A DNA stretch of 64,000 nucleotides from Candidatus Binatia bacterium (GCA_963664535.1 OY761465.1:1573602-1637601); one strand, 5' to 3'. Positions 9,431-19,404 are shown, numbered from the stretch's first letter. Translations and numbers: made by a program. Notes: generated by a model not told the origin, from the sequence alone.

Positions 9431-10378
9431 ATGAAGGTATTCATCACCGGAGCCGGAATGCTCGGATGCCACACGGCCAGGGAGCTGACGCAGAAAGGAC
9501 ACAGCGTTCACCTCTACGACCTCAGTCCCGACCCGGAATACGTCGCCGCCATCGCCGGAAAGAAACGTCTGACGACGTCGCGCGGCGACCTGCTGGATTT
9601 GCCCAACCTGCTTCGCGCTCTGGCCCAGGCCAAGCCCGACGTGTTGGTGCACACCGCCGGTTTCATCGGCGGCCAGGTGGAAAGCCCGCCCTACCGCGGC
9701 TTCCAGACCAACACGGTGGGGTCCGTGAACGTCTTCGAGGCCTGCCAGATCTCCCGGATCAAGCGGCTGGTGCACCTCAGCACGTTCGGCGTCTACGACT
9801 GGACCCAGATCCGCAAGGGGCCGGTCAGGGAGGACGCTCCGCGCTGGGGCAACCGGTTCTATCCCGCCACCAAGGTGGCCAACGAAGTGCTGCTGGACGC
9901 GTACGAGAACTACTACGGCATGGAGTGCGTCCGCATGCGGCCCACGGGGGTCTACGGCCCGGGGCACTATCGCGGCGGCTCCGGCGGCGGCATCGCCATG
10001 AACGACTTGGTGCGCGCGTGCATGGGCGACGGCCCCATCGAGCTCGAGGGCCGGCACGTGGGACCCAACGATTTCGTCTACGCCGCCGACGTGGGCCGCG
10101 GCATCGCCCTGGCCTGCACCGCCAAGGACGCGCCGGGCAAAGCCTTCCACCTGGGCGCCGGCAAGAACTACGGCCCCGCGGACTTCCTCCGGGCGCTGCG
10201 CCGGCTACTGCCGGGCCGGGACGTCAAGCTGGCCCCGGGCGCCGGCAAGAAGACCGCTCGTCCCCGCGTGGACCTGTCCGCGTCGAAACGCATCCTCGGA
10301 TACGAGCCGCAGTATTCCCTGGAGAAGGGCATCGCGGACTACATGGAAGTGGTGCGGCGTCACGGCTTCTGGCATTGA
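9431..10378 (+). CDS. NAD-dependent epimerase/dehydratase (extended SDR)
   Basis: There is a VFITGAGMLG Rossmann motif and a YxxxK-type catalytic region. A GGAGGG RBS lies upstream of the ATG at 9431. Confidence 0.75.
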   Translation: MKVFITGAGMLGCHTARELTQKGHSVHLYDLSPDPEYVAAIAGKKRLTTSRGDLLDLPNLLRALAQAKPDVLVHTAGFIGGQVESPPYRGFQTNTVGSVNVFEACQISRIKRLVHLSTFGVYDWTQIRKGPVREDAPRWGNRFYPATKVANEVLLDAYENYYGMECVRMRPTGVYGPGHYRGGSGGGIAMNDLVRACMGDGPIELEGRHVGPNDFVYAADVGRGIALACTAKDAPGKAFHLGAGKNYGPADFLRALRRLLPGRDVKLAPGAGKKTARPRVDLSASKRILGYEPQYSLEKGIADYMEVVRRHGFWH

Positions 10379-10404
10379 AGCCGTGACCGTAATGGGAAGC
10401 CGTT

Positions 10405-10428
10405 GGGGGCGACCGGGCGGTCGCCCCC
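10405..10428. terminator. strong GC hairpin (GGGGGCGACCG / CGGTCGCCCCC) between convergent genes
   Basis: It is a 10-11 bp perfect inverted repeat between the epimerase (+) end and the ferritin-like gene (-) end. Likely a bidirectional terminator. Confidence 0.4.
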
Positions 10429-10444
10429 ACGGGACAGGACACTA
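10428..10444. mobile_element. solo terminal inverted repeat of the IS630-family/MITE element (CACGGGACAGGACAC+TA)
   Basis: These 15 nt are identical to the right end of the MITE at 22120-22134 and closely match the IS630 element's left-end repeat. No partner end lies nearby. Confidence 0.45.
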
Positions 10445-11110
10445 GCCTCCGGCCGGGTCTTCGAACCGGCGCAGAATCGCGTCCACGTCGACGCCCAACT
10501 CCCGGCCTTCGCGGATCACGCCTTCCTTCTGGCTGGCCCAGCTCTGGACGAACATGTTCTCCAGGAACTCGCGGTTGGCGGGGTCCTCGGCAAAACGGGC
10601 GAGCTTTTCCATGACCATGTCCTCGTGGCCTTCCTCATCGTCCACGATGTCCTTGGCGAGTTGCCGCACCACCGGATCGGGCGTCACGTCCCGCAGGTGC
10701 TGCATGAACACCACCGCGGATTTCTCGGCGATGTTGCAGAGCCGGAACGCCCGCACGTCGCCGGTGAGGAACTGACCGAAGTAGCCGTCGTAGGCATCCG
10801 CGGGAATGTCGTCGGCGGCGCCGCGGCCGTCGAGGTAGTCCTTGATCAGGGCGTAGTGCCTGTACTCGTCGGCGGCCTGCTCGGCCACGTGGGCGCGCTC
10901 GTGGGGCTCCAGCTCGCCGTATTGCAGCAACGCCCTGGTGAAGGCCACGCCGTGGGCCAGCTCCTTCTTGGCCTGCCGCTGCATCAGGCCGACGAACTCC
11001 GCGGTCCGAGGGTTCAACTCCGCCAGCGCCTTGCGGATGGCGATGACGGGCCCCTCCAACTCATCGTGGTATCGGCTCCACAGCGATTCGACGAATTCCC
11101 TTCCGGTCAT
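10442..11110 (-). CDS. ferritin-like domain protein
   Basis: An E...EExH-type diiron-like helix pattern is present (AEQAADEYRHYALI, EEGHEDMVMEKL). The start is MTGREF at 11110. The track ORF extends further upstream. Confidence 0.5.
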   Translation of the reverse strand: MTGREFVESLWSRYHDELEGPVIAIRKALAELNPRTAEFVGLMQRQAKKELAHGVAFTRALLQYGELEPHERAHVAEQAADEYRHYALIKDYLDGRGAADDIPADAYDGYFGQFLTGDVRAFRLCNIAEKSAVVFMQHLRDVTPDPVVRQLAKDIVDDEEGHEDMVMEKLARFAEDPANREFLENMFVQSWASQKEGVIREGRELGVDVDAILRRFEDPAGG

Positions 11111-11311
11111 GGCAATGATTCCTCCACACCCAGGCTGCCTCACACTAACGGGCGGTCCGGGCGGTGTCAATTGGGTGAAGTCCTGGTTGCCCAAGGCCGG
11201 GATCCACCGGCGACTCTTTGCCGCGGGTGCACGTACTGCTACAAGAAACACGAAACAAACACTTCGACTCACGGACACACACCGGCTCGATTCCGAAAGG
11301 AGACTGGACAT

Positions 11312-11684
11312 GGCGGACGACGCGCGCAAGGCCTTCGAGGACGTATCGCTCGGGGCCACAAACAAGGCCTATGACATCATCGCCGAGTTGGACCCGGAAT
11401 ACTCCCGGCACCTTACGGGGCTCTTCGTCGACGGGACCTTCGGGCGCGAGGGGGCCCTCGACCGCAAGACCAAGGAGCTGATCATGGTGGGCATCACCTG
11501 CGCCCTGAACCGGCCCCGAGGGGTGCGGCTTCACAGCGAGCGGGCGCTCAAGCTCGGCGCCACGCCGCGGCAGGTGCTGGAGACGGTGGAAGTGTCGGCC
11601 ATACCCGGGGGCATGCCGGGGCTTTGGCTCGGGGCCGAGACGCTCGACGAGATCATGCGCGAGCAGGGGCTGGAGTTCAAGTGA
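11312..11684 (+). CDS. carboxymuconolactone decarboxylase family protein (AhpD-like)
   Basis: The CMD domain motif is KTKELIMVGITCALNRPRG. An AAGGAG RBS lies upstream of the ATG at 11312. Confidence 0.7.
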
Positions 11685-12895
11685 ATCAGGCCGCCGGTCC
11701 GCTGCACGGGGTCCGGGTGCTGGACCTGTCGCGGGTCCTGGCCGGCCCCTACTGCACCATGTTCCTGGGCGACCTGGGAGCGGAGGTGGTCAAGGTCGAG
11801 GAGCCCCGCAGGGGCGACGACACACGAAGCTGGGGGCCGCCGTTCCAGGGCGGCGAGAGCGCCTACTTCCTTTGCGTCAACCGCAACAAGCGGAGCGTCA
11901 CCCTGGATCTCCGGACTCCGGGCGGCATCGAGCTGCTGCGGCGGCTGGCCTCGGAAGCGGACGTGCTGATGGAGAACTTCCGGCCCGGCACGCTCGCGGG
12001 CTGGGGCCTGCCCGAGGCGGAGATCCGGCGACGGAACCCCCGGCTCATCTACGCGTCGCTTTCGGCCTTCGGCTCCAGCGGACCGCTGAAGGAACGGCCG
12101 GGATACGATGTGGCCATCCAGGCATGGGGCGGGCTGATGAGCATCACCGGTCCCGCCGGCGGCGAGCCGACGAAGGTGGGAGTCGCCATCGTCGACATCG
12201 TCGCCGGCCTCATGCTGGGCCAATCCATCGCCGCGGCCCTCTATGCGCGGGAGAAGACCGGCGAGGGGCAACGGATCGCAACCTCGCTCATGGAGGCGGA
12301 GGTCGCCAGCCTGATCAATGCCGGGAGCAACTATCTCGTGACCGGCGAGGTCCCGGGACGCTGGGGCAACGCCCATCCCAACATCGTGCCCTACCAGAGC
12401 TTCGCGACGGCGGACGGCCATCTCGTCGTCGCCGTGGCCAACGAGGCCATCTGGGCGCGGTTCTGCGACGGCGTCGGCAAGATGGAACTGGCGGCGGACC
12501 CCCGGTTCGACACCAATGCCCGTCGGGTGGAGAATCGTGACGAGCTCCTCCGAATCCTGGGCGAGATGTTCGGCGCGCGCCCGCGCCACGAATGGATCGA
12601 TCTCCTGAACCGCGCGGGCGTGCCGTGCTCCCCGGTCCAGGACATCCGGGAAGTGTTCGAGTCGCCCCAGGTGCTGGCAACCGGAATGTTGCAGGAGATC
12701 GACCACCCGACGGCCGGGAAGGTGCGCATGGCGGGTTTGCCGGTGAAGTTCTCCGGAACTCCGGCCTCGGTCCGGCTCCCGCCGCCGCTCCTGGGCGAGC
12801 ACAACGAACAGGTGCTGAAGGAATGGCTGGAGCTGGACGACGATGCCATCGTCGAACTCCGGAGCCAGGGGACCCTCGGGCCGCGCCCGGGGTGA
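11681..12895 (+). CDS. CoA transferase family III (CaiB/BaiF)
   Basis: GVRVLDLSRVLAGPYCTMFLGDLGAEVVKVE is the canonical N-terminal CaiB/BaiF signature. The GTG start overlaps the upstream stop (GTGA). Confidence 0.8.
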   Translation: MNQAAGPLHGVRVLDLSRVLAGPYCTMFLGDLGAEVVKVEEPRRGDDTRSWGPPFQGGESAYFLCVNRNKRSVTLDLRTPGGIELLRRLASEADVLMENFRPGTLAGWGLPEAEIRRRNPRLIYASLSAFGSSGPLKERPGYDVAIQAWGGLMSITGPAGGEPTKVGVAIVDIVAGLMLGQSIAAALYAREKTGEGQRIATSLMEAEVASLINAGSNYLVTGEVPGRWGNAHPNIVPYQSFATADGHLVVAVANEAIWARFCDGVGKMELAADPRFDTNARRVENRDELLRILGEMFGARPRHEWIDLLNRAGVPCSPVQDIREVFESPQVLATGMLQEIDHPTAGKVRMAGLPVKFSGTPASVRLPPPLLGEHNEQVLKEWLELDDDAIVELRSQGTLGPRPG

Positions 12896-12928
12896 CCGGG
12901 CGTTTCGCCGCGGCGAGGAAAATCAGCG

Positions 12929-13384
12929 ATGCAACAAGGGATGACCTGCGAGGAGTTTCGACCGGGCGACGTCCACCGAACCGCCCGGCGCACCGTGACC
13001 GAGACCGACGTGGTGCAGTTCGTCAACCTGTCCGGTCTCATCGAGCCGCTGTTCAACGACGCCGAGTACATGCGGAACGAGACCGAGTACGGCGAGCGCA
13101 TCGCGCCCGGAAGCCTCACCTTCGCGCTGGCCGAGGGGCTGACCACTCAGACCGGCATGATCCACGGCACGGGCCTGGCCTTCGTGGGCCTGGAGGGGAT
13201 GCGGCTGTTCCAGCCGGTCAAGGTCGGCGACACCATCGGCGTCGAGATCGAGGTGCTCGAGAGCCGCCGGACCAGGTCCCGCAACGCGGGCATCGTCCGC
13301 TGCCGGCACCTGGTGAAGAACCAGCGCGGCGAGACGGTCATGGAATATACGGTGAAACGCCTGATTCGCGGCAAGGATGAATAG
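12929..13384 (+). CDS. MaoC-like (R)-specific enoyl-CoA hydratase/dehydratase (hotdog fold)
   Basis: It is 151 aa with hotdog-fold MaoC motifs (FVNLSGLIEPLFND, GDTIGVEIEV). Confidence 0.75.
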   Translation: MQQGMTCEEFRPGDVHRTARRTVTETDVVQFVNLSGLIEPLFNDAEYMRNETEYGERIAPGSLTFALAEGLTTQTGMIHGTGLAFVGLEGMRLFQPVKVGDTIGVEIEVLESRRTRSRNAGIVRCRHLVKNQRGETVMEYTVKRLIRGKDE

Positions 13385-13440
13385 GAAACGTATCGGGTGG
13401 CCTGTCGAAACCCCGTTGCGGGCGGGTTCGAAACCCGTCC

Positions 13441-14490
13441 CTACGGGTTCCGGTCTTCGGCGGCGGGCTTCTCGGGGAAGAGCAGCTTGCGGAGTTGAAC
13501 GATGAACTTCGGTTCCAGCGCGAACAGGCCCTTTACGGTCTTCTCGATTTCCGCGCCGCCCAGGGGGCGGACTTCCAGCCCCTGGCTGTTGGCCTCGGCC
13601 AGGAAAGCCGGGTCCGCCACGGTGTCGGCGAAAGCCTTGCGGAGCGCCGCCACCTGCGCGTCGGGCGTCCCGGGAGGGAGGGAATAGGCGCGGGCCAGCT
13701 TGGCCGGGTCGTGGACCCCGTACACGAGAAACATGCGCGCGTCCTCGGACTTGGCCAGATCCAGGGCATTGGGCACCGACGGCAACTCGGGGTGCGGCTT
13801 GGCCATGGCCTGCAGCACCACCTGCGCTTCTCTGGCCGCGAGCATCTTCCGCCACGCCTGCTTGACCGCCTGCCAGTACCAGCAACCACCCTCCACTTCC
13901 TGATTACCGGCGGCCAGGCGCACGTTGACCGGGCCCTTGTAGCCGTCGATGAGCTTGACGGGCAGGCCCAGGGTGGCGCCCAAGACCCGCGACATGTTGG
14001 TGGCGGCATCGTTGCGGCCGATGCCTCCCAGCTTGACGGGCTTCTTGGCGCCGCTCCACGCCGCCAGATCGCCGATGCCGCTCGTCTTGGTCAGGATGCA
14101 CACCGGATGCAGGGTCGAGACAGCGCCCACCCAGGCGAACCGCCGCGTGTCGAACTGCACACCCTTGCCGCCGAATATCTGGCTGTGGATGAGGTCGCCC
14201 GCCCAGTTGCCCACTGTTCGTCCGTCGGGCTTGGCTTCGCGGTAGAGGTACTCCGCCGCCACGCTGCCGCCGCCCCCCACCATGTTCCTGACCGCGACCT
14301 TCGGGCGGTCCGGCAGGTGGCGGACAATGTGTTTGGCGAGGGTGCGGGTGGTGCGGTCGAAGACGCTTCCGGCTCCAGCCCCCACCACGAAGGTCAGGGT
14401 ACCCTGCTGCGCGTACGCCTCGCCGCCGGCGACGGGCGCCAAGGCCAGCAGCAGGACTGCCGCGAGAGTACGGGTGGAAAGCATCGGCAC
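13441..14490 (-). CDS. tripartite tricarboxylate transporter substrate-binding protein, TctC/Bug family
   Basis: There is a signal peptide. The Bug-family signatures PGGGFDRTTR and KPDGRTVGNW are present. Confidence 0.85.
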   Translation of the reverse strand: MPMLSTRTLAAVLLLALAPVAGGEAYAQQGTLTFVVGAGAGSVFDRTTRTLAKHIVRHLPDRPKVAVRNMVGGGGSVAAEYLYREAKPDGRTVGNWAGDLIHSQIFGGKGVQFDTRRFAWVGAVSTLHPVCILTKTSGIGDLAAWSGAKKPVKLGGIGRNDAATNMSRVLGATLGLPVKLIDGYKGPVNVRLAAGNQEVEGGCWYWQAVKQAWRKMLAAREAQVVLQAMAKPHPELPSVPNALDLAKSEDARMFLVYGVHDPAKLARAYSLPPGTPDAQVAALRKAFADTVADPAFLAEANSQGLEVRPLGGAEIEKTVKGLFALEPKFIVQLRKLLFPEKPAAEDRNP

Positions 14491-14554
14491 GATGATCCGT
14501 CTCGCGCGCCGCTACGACGGCAACGCGTTCGGAGAGGCTTGGGACTTCCTTGTT

Positions 14555-15697
14555 TCAGGCGCCGTTCAACCGCGGCATGACCTCCTTGTGGAAGAGGTTC
14601 AGGGAATCGATGACCTTGCCGTGGGCGAGGTTGCCGATGTGGAACATGCCCATGAAGTGGTCGGCGCCGATCTGGTTCATCTGCTGGTTGACCTGTCGCG
14701 CGACGGTGTCGGGGCTGCCGGCGATGACGAATCCCGTCTCAAGCAACTCCTCCCAGCTCATGGGGTGGAAGTTGACCCGCTCCTCGTTGCCGGGGCGGAA
14801 GTAGCTGGAAGACCTGGCGCTGACCATGGCTTCCTTGACCTTGCGCTGATCGACAGCGACTTCCGTCTTGGCTTCATTGAAGCCGCGGTTCCACAACGTG
14901 AAGAAATACCTCAACGGCGGCTCGGCGATGGCCCGGGCCTGTGCGTCGGTCTCACCCACGAAGATGTGACGGCAGAGGACGAACTTGTCGGGTGTGCTTT
15001 CCCAGCCGTCCTCCCTGGCCGCCTTGCGGTAGTAGTTGAAAGTGTCCTCGATCTGGTCGTTGGTCTGGTACACCTGCGCGATGGGGATCTTGCGCTTGAC
15101 GCACCATTCGATGGACTCGGCGCTGCGGGCCGCTACCCAGATGGGCGGGTGCGGCTGCTGCACCGGACGCGGCCAGATGGCGCAGTTCTCGAACTGGAAG
15201 AACTCGCCCTCGTAGCTCCATACCGGTTCGGTCCAGGCGGTCATGATGACATCGAATGCTTCCCCGAACCGTCCCCGGGACTCCTGGGGCTTGACGTTGT
15301 ACCAAAGGTACTCGGAGGGAATCCCCCGGACGAATCCCGCGATCAGGCGCCCCTGGGACAGGCAGTCGAGCATGGCGTATTCCTCGGCCACCCGGACGGG
15401 GTGCTGCCGCAGCGGCAGGATGTTGCCGAGGACGCCGATCTTGATGCGTTCGGTCTTCTGGCTCAAGGCCGCGGCAATGAGGTTGGGCGACGGCATGGTG
15501 CCGTAGGCGCTGTAGTGATGCTCGTTGAAGACCACGCCCTCGAACCCCAACTCCTCGCAATAGGCCATCTCGTCCAGATGCTCCTGGTAGTTGCGCGAGC
15601 CCACCGGCGGATCGAAATAGCTGCTCGGCACCGGGGTCCCGGGGACGTCCTCGGGGACCTCCGGATAGGCCAAAAGGTCGAAGTTGTAGACTTTCAT
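14555..15697 (-). CDS. LLM class flavin/F420-dependent oxidoreductase (luciferase-like monooxygenase)
   Basis: The TIM-barrel LLM motif is GFEGVVFNEHHYSAYG. It is 380 aa. Confidence 0.75.
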   Translation of the reverse strand: MKVYNFDLLAYPEVPEDVPGTPVPSSYFDPPVGSRNYQEHLDEMAYCEELGFEGVVFNEHHYSAYGTMPSPNLIAAALSQKTERIKIGVLGNILPLRQHPVRVAEEYAMLDCLSQGRLIAGFVRGIPSEYLWYNVKPQESRGRFGEAFDVIMTAWTEPVWSYEGEFFQFENCAIWPRPVQQPHPPIWVAARSAESIEWCVKRKIPIAQVYQTNDQIEDTFNYYRKAAREDGWESTPDKFVLCRHIFVGETDAQARAIAEPPLRYFFTLWNRGFNEAKTEVAVDQRKVKEAMVSARSSSYFRPGNEERVNFHPMSWEELLETGFVIAGSPDTVARQVNQQMNQIGADHFMGMFHIGNLAHGKVIDSLNLFHKEVMPRLNGA

Positions 15698-15792
15698 GCG
15701 GATCGATCTCCTTTGCGAGCGTGGACGGCGACCTGCGGAGGCTGAACGCCTAACCTAGTCCCATCCCTCGGCCACTGTCAATCACGGCAGCG

Positions 15793-17817
15793 TCAGCCCG
15801 TGAACATCTCGATGATGGTTCCCGGCGGAAACGGCAGGCTCAACGAGTAGTCGAAGACCAGGTAGAAGCCGGCCCATGCGATCAGCGTCAACAGGACGCT
15901 GATGAACCACTTCTCCCCTGCTCCCACCTTGAGGAAGAGGAAGGTGCAGAGCGGCACCGTGATGGAGAAGCCCAGCAGCCAGATGGAAACGAAAAAGCCG
16001 AGAATCCAGCCCACGATGGTCAGCGTCCGGCTGACGACCACCGGGTCCGCGCCTTCGGCGGGCGCTTCCGCCTTCCGCTGCTTCAGAAGTCCGGTGACGT
16101 CGATCTCGAGCTGCGCCAGGGTGAGCAGGATGCCGGGGATACCAATGACCCAAGGGAACAGGCTGGCGCGAAAGCCCCAGTCCTGCGCCTCCCAGACGCC
16201 CCATGCGAAACCCGCCAGGAGCACCCCCGTGAAGACGATATGCCAGGCGGTGAGAGTCTTGGGTCCCTCGACCACCTCCAGCTCCGGTACGGGGACGCTC
16301 ACGAGCGCGTCTCCGGCGGATTTCCGCTTCGCATCCCGATGCCGCTGATAGACCGGGTAGAGAATGCCGGCCAAAATGATCGATCCGATGACCAGCACGC
16401 CGGGGAACCCGACCCATCCCCAGCCATAGTTGTCCGTGGCCAGAAACAGGTTCTTTTCCGCCAGCGAGCCCAGCACCAACCCCAGCAGAAGCGGCGGGCG
16501 CGGCCAGTCGAGCTGCACCATGACCCAGCCCACCAGCCCGAAGGCCAGCACCACGATCAGATCCTCGAAGGCGTTGTTCTGGGCGAACCCGCCCAGGTAG
16601 ATGAGCACCAGCAGGAACGGCAGCACCAGACTGCCGCGCACCTCCGTGATTCGCGCCAGTTGCTTGAGGAAGATGAAGCAGATGGAGACCGTGATGATGT
16701 TCGAGATGACGACGATCCACACGAACGAGAACGTAAGGTCGAGGTGCCCTCCCCGACTGGCCGGCTCCAGCATCGGCGGTCCCGGCACGAGACCCTGGAT
16801 GATGAACGCGCCCAGCAGGATGGCCATGGTGACGCTGCCCGGGACTCCGAAGGCGATGGTGGGCACCAGGGCGCCGCCGAGGTTCGAGTTGTTGGCCGCG
16901 CCGGGGCCCAGCACGCCTTCCACCGCCCCCGTTCCGAAGCGCTCCTTGTCGGGCGAGCTTTGCACCGCGTGCGCGTAGGCCACCCATTGGGAGACGGCCC
17001 CGCCCATGCCCGGAATGATCCCGATGTAGGTGCCGATGGCGCTGCAGCGCAGCACCAGTGCCCAGTGGCGGAAGGTGTCCTTGACGCCCTCCATGACGCC
17101 GCCCAGCTTCTCGACCTTCTCCTCCGCGATGCTGGAACCCTTGACCGATAGTTCAATAACCTCGGGAATGGCGAACAGGCCGAGGGTCACGGGCACCAGC
17201 TTTATGCCGTCCCAAAGATACAGGTTGTCGAACGTGAACCGTTCTATGCCGGAGATGGGATCCAGTCCCACGGTCGCGAGCATGAGCCCCAGGGCGGCGG
17301 CGGTGAGGCCTCGGATGACGGCCTCACCGCTCAATGCAGCCAGGAAGGTCACCCCCAGGAGGGCCAGCATGAAGAACTCCGGCGAGCCGATGGCCAGCAC
17401 CAACGGACGGACGATGGGGATGGCCAAGGCCAGCGCGAAGGCACCGAAGACGGCGCCGACGAGGGAGCTCATGAGCGAGGCCCCTAGCGCGCGCCCGGCC
17501 TCCCCCTTCTTGGCCATGGGATGGCCGTCGACAATGGTGGACGCGGTAATGGCCTCCCCCGGTATGCCGAACAGGATGGAGGTGATGTCCCCGGTGGTGG
17601 CCGTGACCGCGGACATGCCCAAGAGGAAGGCGAACGCTTCCACCGCCTCCATCTTGAAGATGAACGGCAGCATCAACGCCAGAGTGACCGGCCCGCCCAG
17701 CCCCGGCAGGATGCCCACGGCGAAGCCGATCACGATACCCAGCATCATGAGCGTGAAAGTGGTCGCCGTGAAAACCTGTGCTAGGCCGGCCCCGAAGGCC
17801 TGAACCATTTCGCCCAT
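15793..17817 (-). CDS. TctA-family permease fused to a C-terminal TctB-like 4-TM domain
   Basis: The N-terminal ~500 aa is TctA (FGIPGEA motif and many TMs). The C-terminal ~150 aa has 4 TMs and the TctB-like LFPWVIGIPG motif. At 674 aa it is longer than the usual ~500-aa TctA. Confidence 0.8.
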   Translation of the reverse strand: MGEMVQAFGAGLAQVFTATTFTLMMLGIVIGFAVGILPGLGGPVTLALMLPFIFKMEAVEAFAFLLGMSAVTATTGDITSILFGIPGEAITASTIVDGHPMAKKGEAGRALGASLMSSLVGAVFGAFALALAIPIVRPLVLAIGSPEFFMLALLGVTFLAALSGEAVIRGLTAAALGLMLATVGLDPISGIERFTFDNLYLWDGIKLVPVTLGLFAIPEVIELSVKGSSIAEEKVEKLGGVMEGVKDTFRHWALVLRCSAIGTYIGIIPGMGGAVSQWVAYAHAVQSSPDKERFGTGAVEGVLGPGAANNSNLGGALVPTIAFGVPGSVTMAILLGAFIIQGLVPGPPMLEPASRGGHLDLTFSFVWIVVISNIITVSICFIFLKQLARITEVRGSLVLPFLLVLIYLGGFAQNNAFEDLIVVLAFGLVGWVMVQLDWPRPPLLLGLVLGSLAEKNLFLATDNYGWGWVGFPGVLVIGSIILAGILYPVYQRHRDAKRKSAGDALVSVPVPELEVVEGPKTLTAWHIVFTGVLLAGFAWGVWEAQDWGFRASLFPWVIGIPGILLTLAQLEIDVTGLLKQRKAEAPAEGADPVVVSRTLTIVGWILGFFVSIWLLGFSITVPLCTFLFLKVGAGEKWFISVLLTLIAWAGFYLVFDYSLSLPFPPGTIIEMFTG

Positions 17818-17994
17818 GATCCCTGACTTTCAGTGAAAAGAGGTGAGCCCGGAAAGGGAGTGGCCGGACAGCCATCCGGCAGGGCGTGCCTGACGGCAGT
17901 CCGCCGAGGCCCGCCCATCCGGCACACGGACGGAGACCGCCTCCGGCTCACGCTGAGCGCGGCCGGAAAACGGTCTCCCCCATCCAATACGCAA

Positions 17995-19029
17995 CTACTT
18001 TTTCGGCAACAGAGTCTTCTTCAACAGGGTCAACGTGGCGTCGTCCATGTCATAGAGCCCCTGCATCTTCTTCGCCACCCAGTTGCCGTCCTGCGGGTTC
18101 AACTCCACCTTCGACTTCTTGGCGGCCGCGACCAGCTCGGGGTCCTTCAAGGTATCCGCGAACGCCTTCTGGAGCGTCTTGACCCGGTCCGCGGGTACTC
18201 CGGGCGGCAGGCTGTAGGGCCGCGACAGGGCGCGGTAGACGTCAGCGGCCACCCCCAGGAGCTTCTTGCCGGTGTCACCCTTGGCCAAATCGAATGCCAC
18301 CCCCACATCCTGGAGGTCGGGGTGCTTGTCGGGGCCCACCTGGAGGATGGGCTTGACGTTGCCGCTTTCGATACCCTGGCTCCAGGTCGGCTTGATGGAC
18401 TGCCACGCCCAGCAGCCGCCGTCGATCTCGCCCTTTTCCGCCGCCAGCCGTATGAGCGCGGTACCGCCGTAACCCTCGATGATCTGTATCGGCAGGTCCG
18501 TCGCGGCCTTGATCAGCTTGGGCACGTCATCGGTGGTCGAGCCCGGACCGGTGGCGCCGATCTTGATCGGCCTCTTGGAGTCGAGCCACTCCTTGACGCT
18601 GTTGATGCCGCTGGCCTTGGTGAGCGCACAGGTGTTGTCGTCGGTAGACGGGGCGCCCAGCCAGTTGAATTTGCGCCCATCGAACTTGATGCCCTTCTTG
18701 CCGAGCACATGCTGCAGCACCAGCGGGCCGATCCAGTTGCCGATGGTCAGGCCGTCCGGTTTGGCCTTGGCGTAGATGTAGTTGGCGGCGATCATGCTGC
18801 CGGCGCCGGTCCGGTTCTGAACCACCGTTCTGGGGTTCCCGGGGACATTCTTGCCGAAGTGGCGGGCAATCAGCCGGGTGTAGGTATCGAAACCGCCGCC
18901 CGGAGAGAAACCGACCACGAAACGAATGGTCTTGCCCTTGAAGAAGTCGTCCGCTCCCATGGCGAGCGACGGAACCAACGCAAGGAAAAGCGCCGAAACC
19001 ATGACGGCACGTAAGATTCGACTGAACAT
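17995..19029 (-). CDS. TctC/Bug-family substrate-binding protein, paralog 2
   Basis: There is a signal peptide. PGGGFDTYTR and KPDGLTIGNW are present. Confidence 0.85.
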   Translation of the reverse strand: MFSRILRAVMVSALFLALVPSLAMGADDFFKGKTIRFVVGFSPGGGFDTYTRLIARHFGKNVPGNPRTVVQNRTGAGSMIAANYIYAKAKPDGLTIGNWIGPLVLQHVLGKKGIKFDGRKFNWLGAPSTDDNTCALTKASGINSVKEWLDSKRPIKIGATGPGSTTDDVPKLIKAATDLPIQIIEGYGGTALIRLAAEKGEIDGGCWAWQSIKPTWSQGIESGNVKPILQVGPDKHPDLQDVGVAFDLAKGDTGKKLLGVAADVYRALSRPYSLPPGVPADRVKTLQKAFADTLKDPELVAAAKKSKVELNPQDGNWVAKKMQGLYDMDDATLTLLKKTLLPKK

Positions 19030-19189
19030 AGCGAGCCTCCTGAGCTTTCGCGTCCCGAGACGCCACCGCTGATTTAAACTCTTCTTGTTTCACAAATACG
19101 GCCCAAAGAAAAGGGCAGGCGGGAGAAATCCGCCGCCGCAAACGGCCATTCCTCCAAAGGGGTTGACCTTGGCCCGACAATGCAATAGC

Positions 19190-19215
19190 ATGGAGCGAAC
19201 GATCGTTCGCTCCAT
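19190..19215. promoter_or_regulatory. perfect 26-bp palindrome ATGGAGCGAACGATCGTTCGCTCCAT, a candidate operator
   Basis: The sequence is self-complementary over all 26 nt. It lies ~190 nt upstream of the ferredoxin/NuoF-like operon. Confidence 0.4.
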
Positions 19216-19404
19216 CGGCGATCACGCGGGCATGCGCTACAGCGTCGACGGCGATTTGCTCTCCGAGACGGAATATGAGAAACATCTTTCCGAGGCGCTT
19301 CCCGGCGCCGGGGACGAGCGATTCCTGAACGATATACTTCAAGGACAAAGACTGGGTTCTTCAGATGAACTTGATGAACTAGCCCTGCCCACAAGGAAAA
19401 TCCA

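Noticed and set aside
13404-13450. Possible tRNA-like GGTTCGAAACCC element between the MaoC and TctC genes
   Set aside because: It is only an imperfect hairpin (AACCCGT/ACGGGTT) between convergent genes, a probable terminator, with no cloverleaf.
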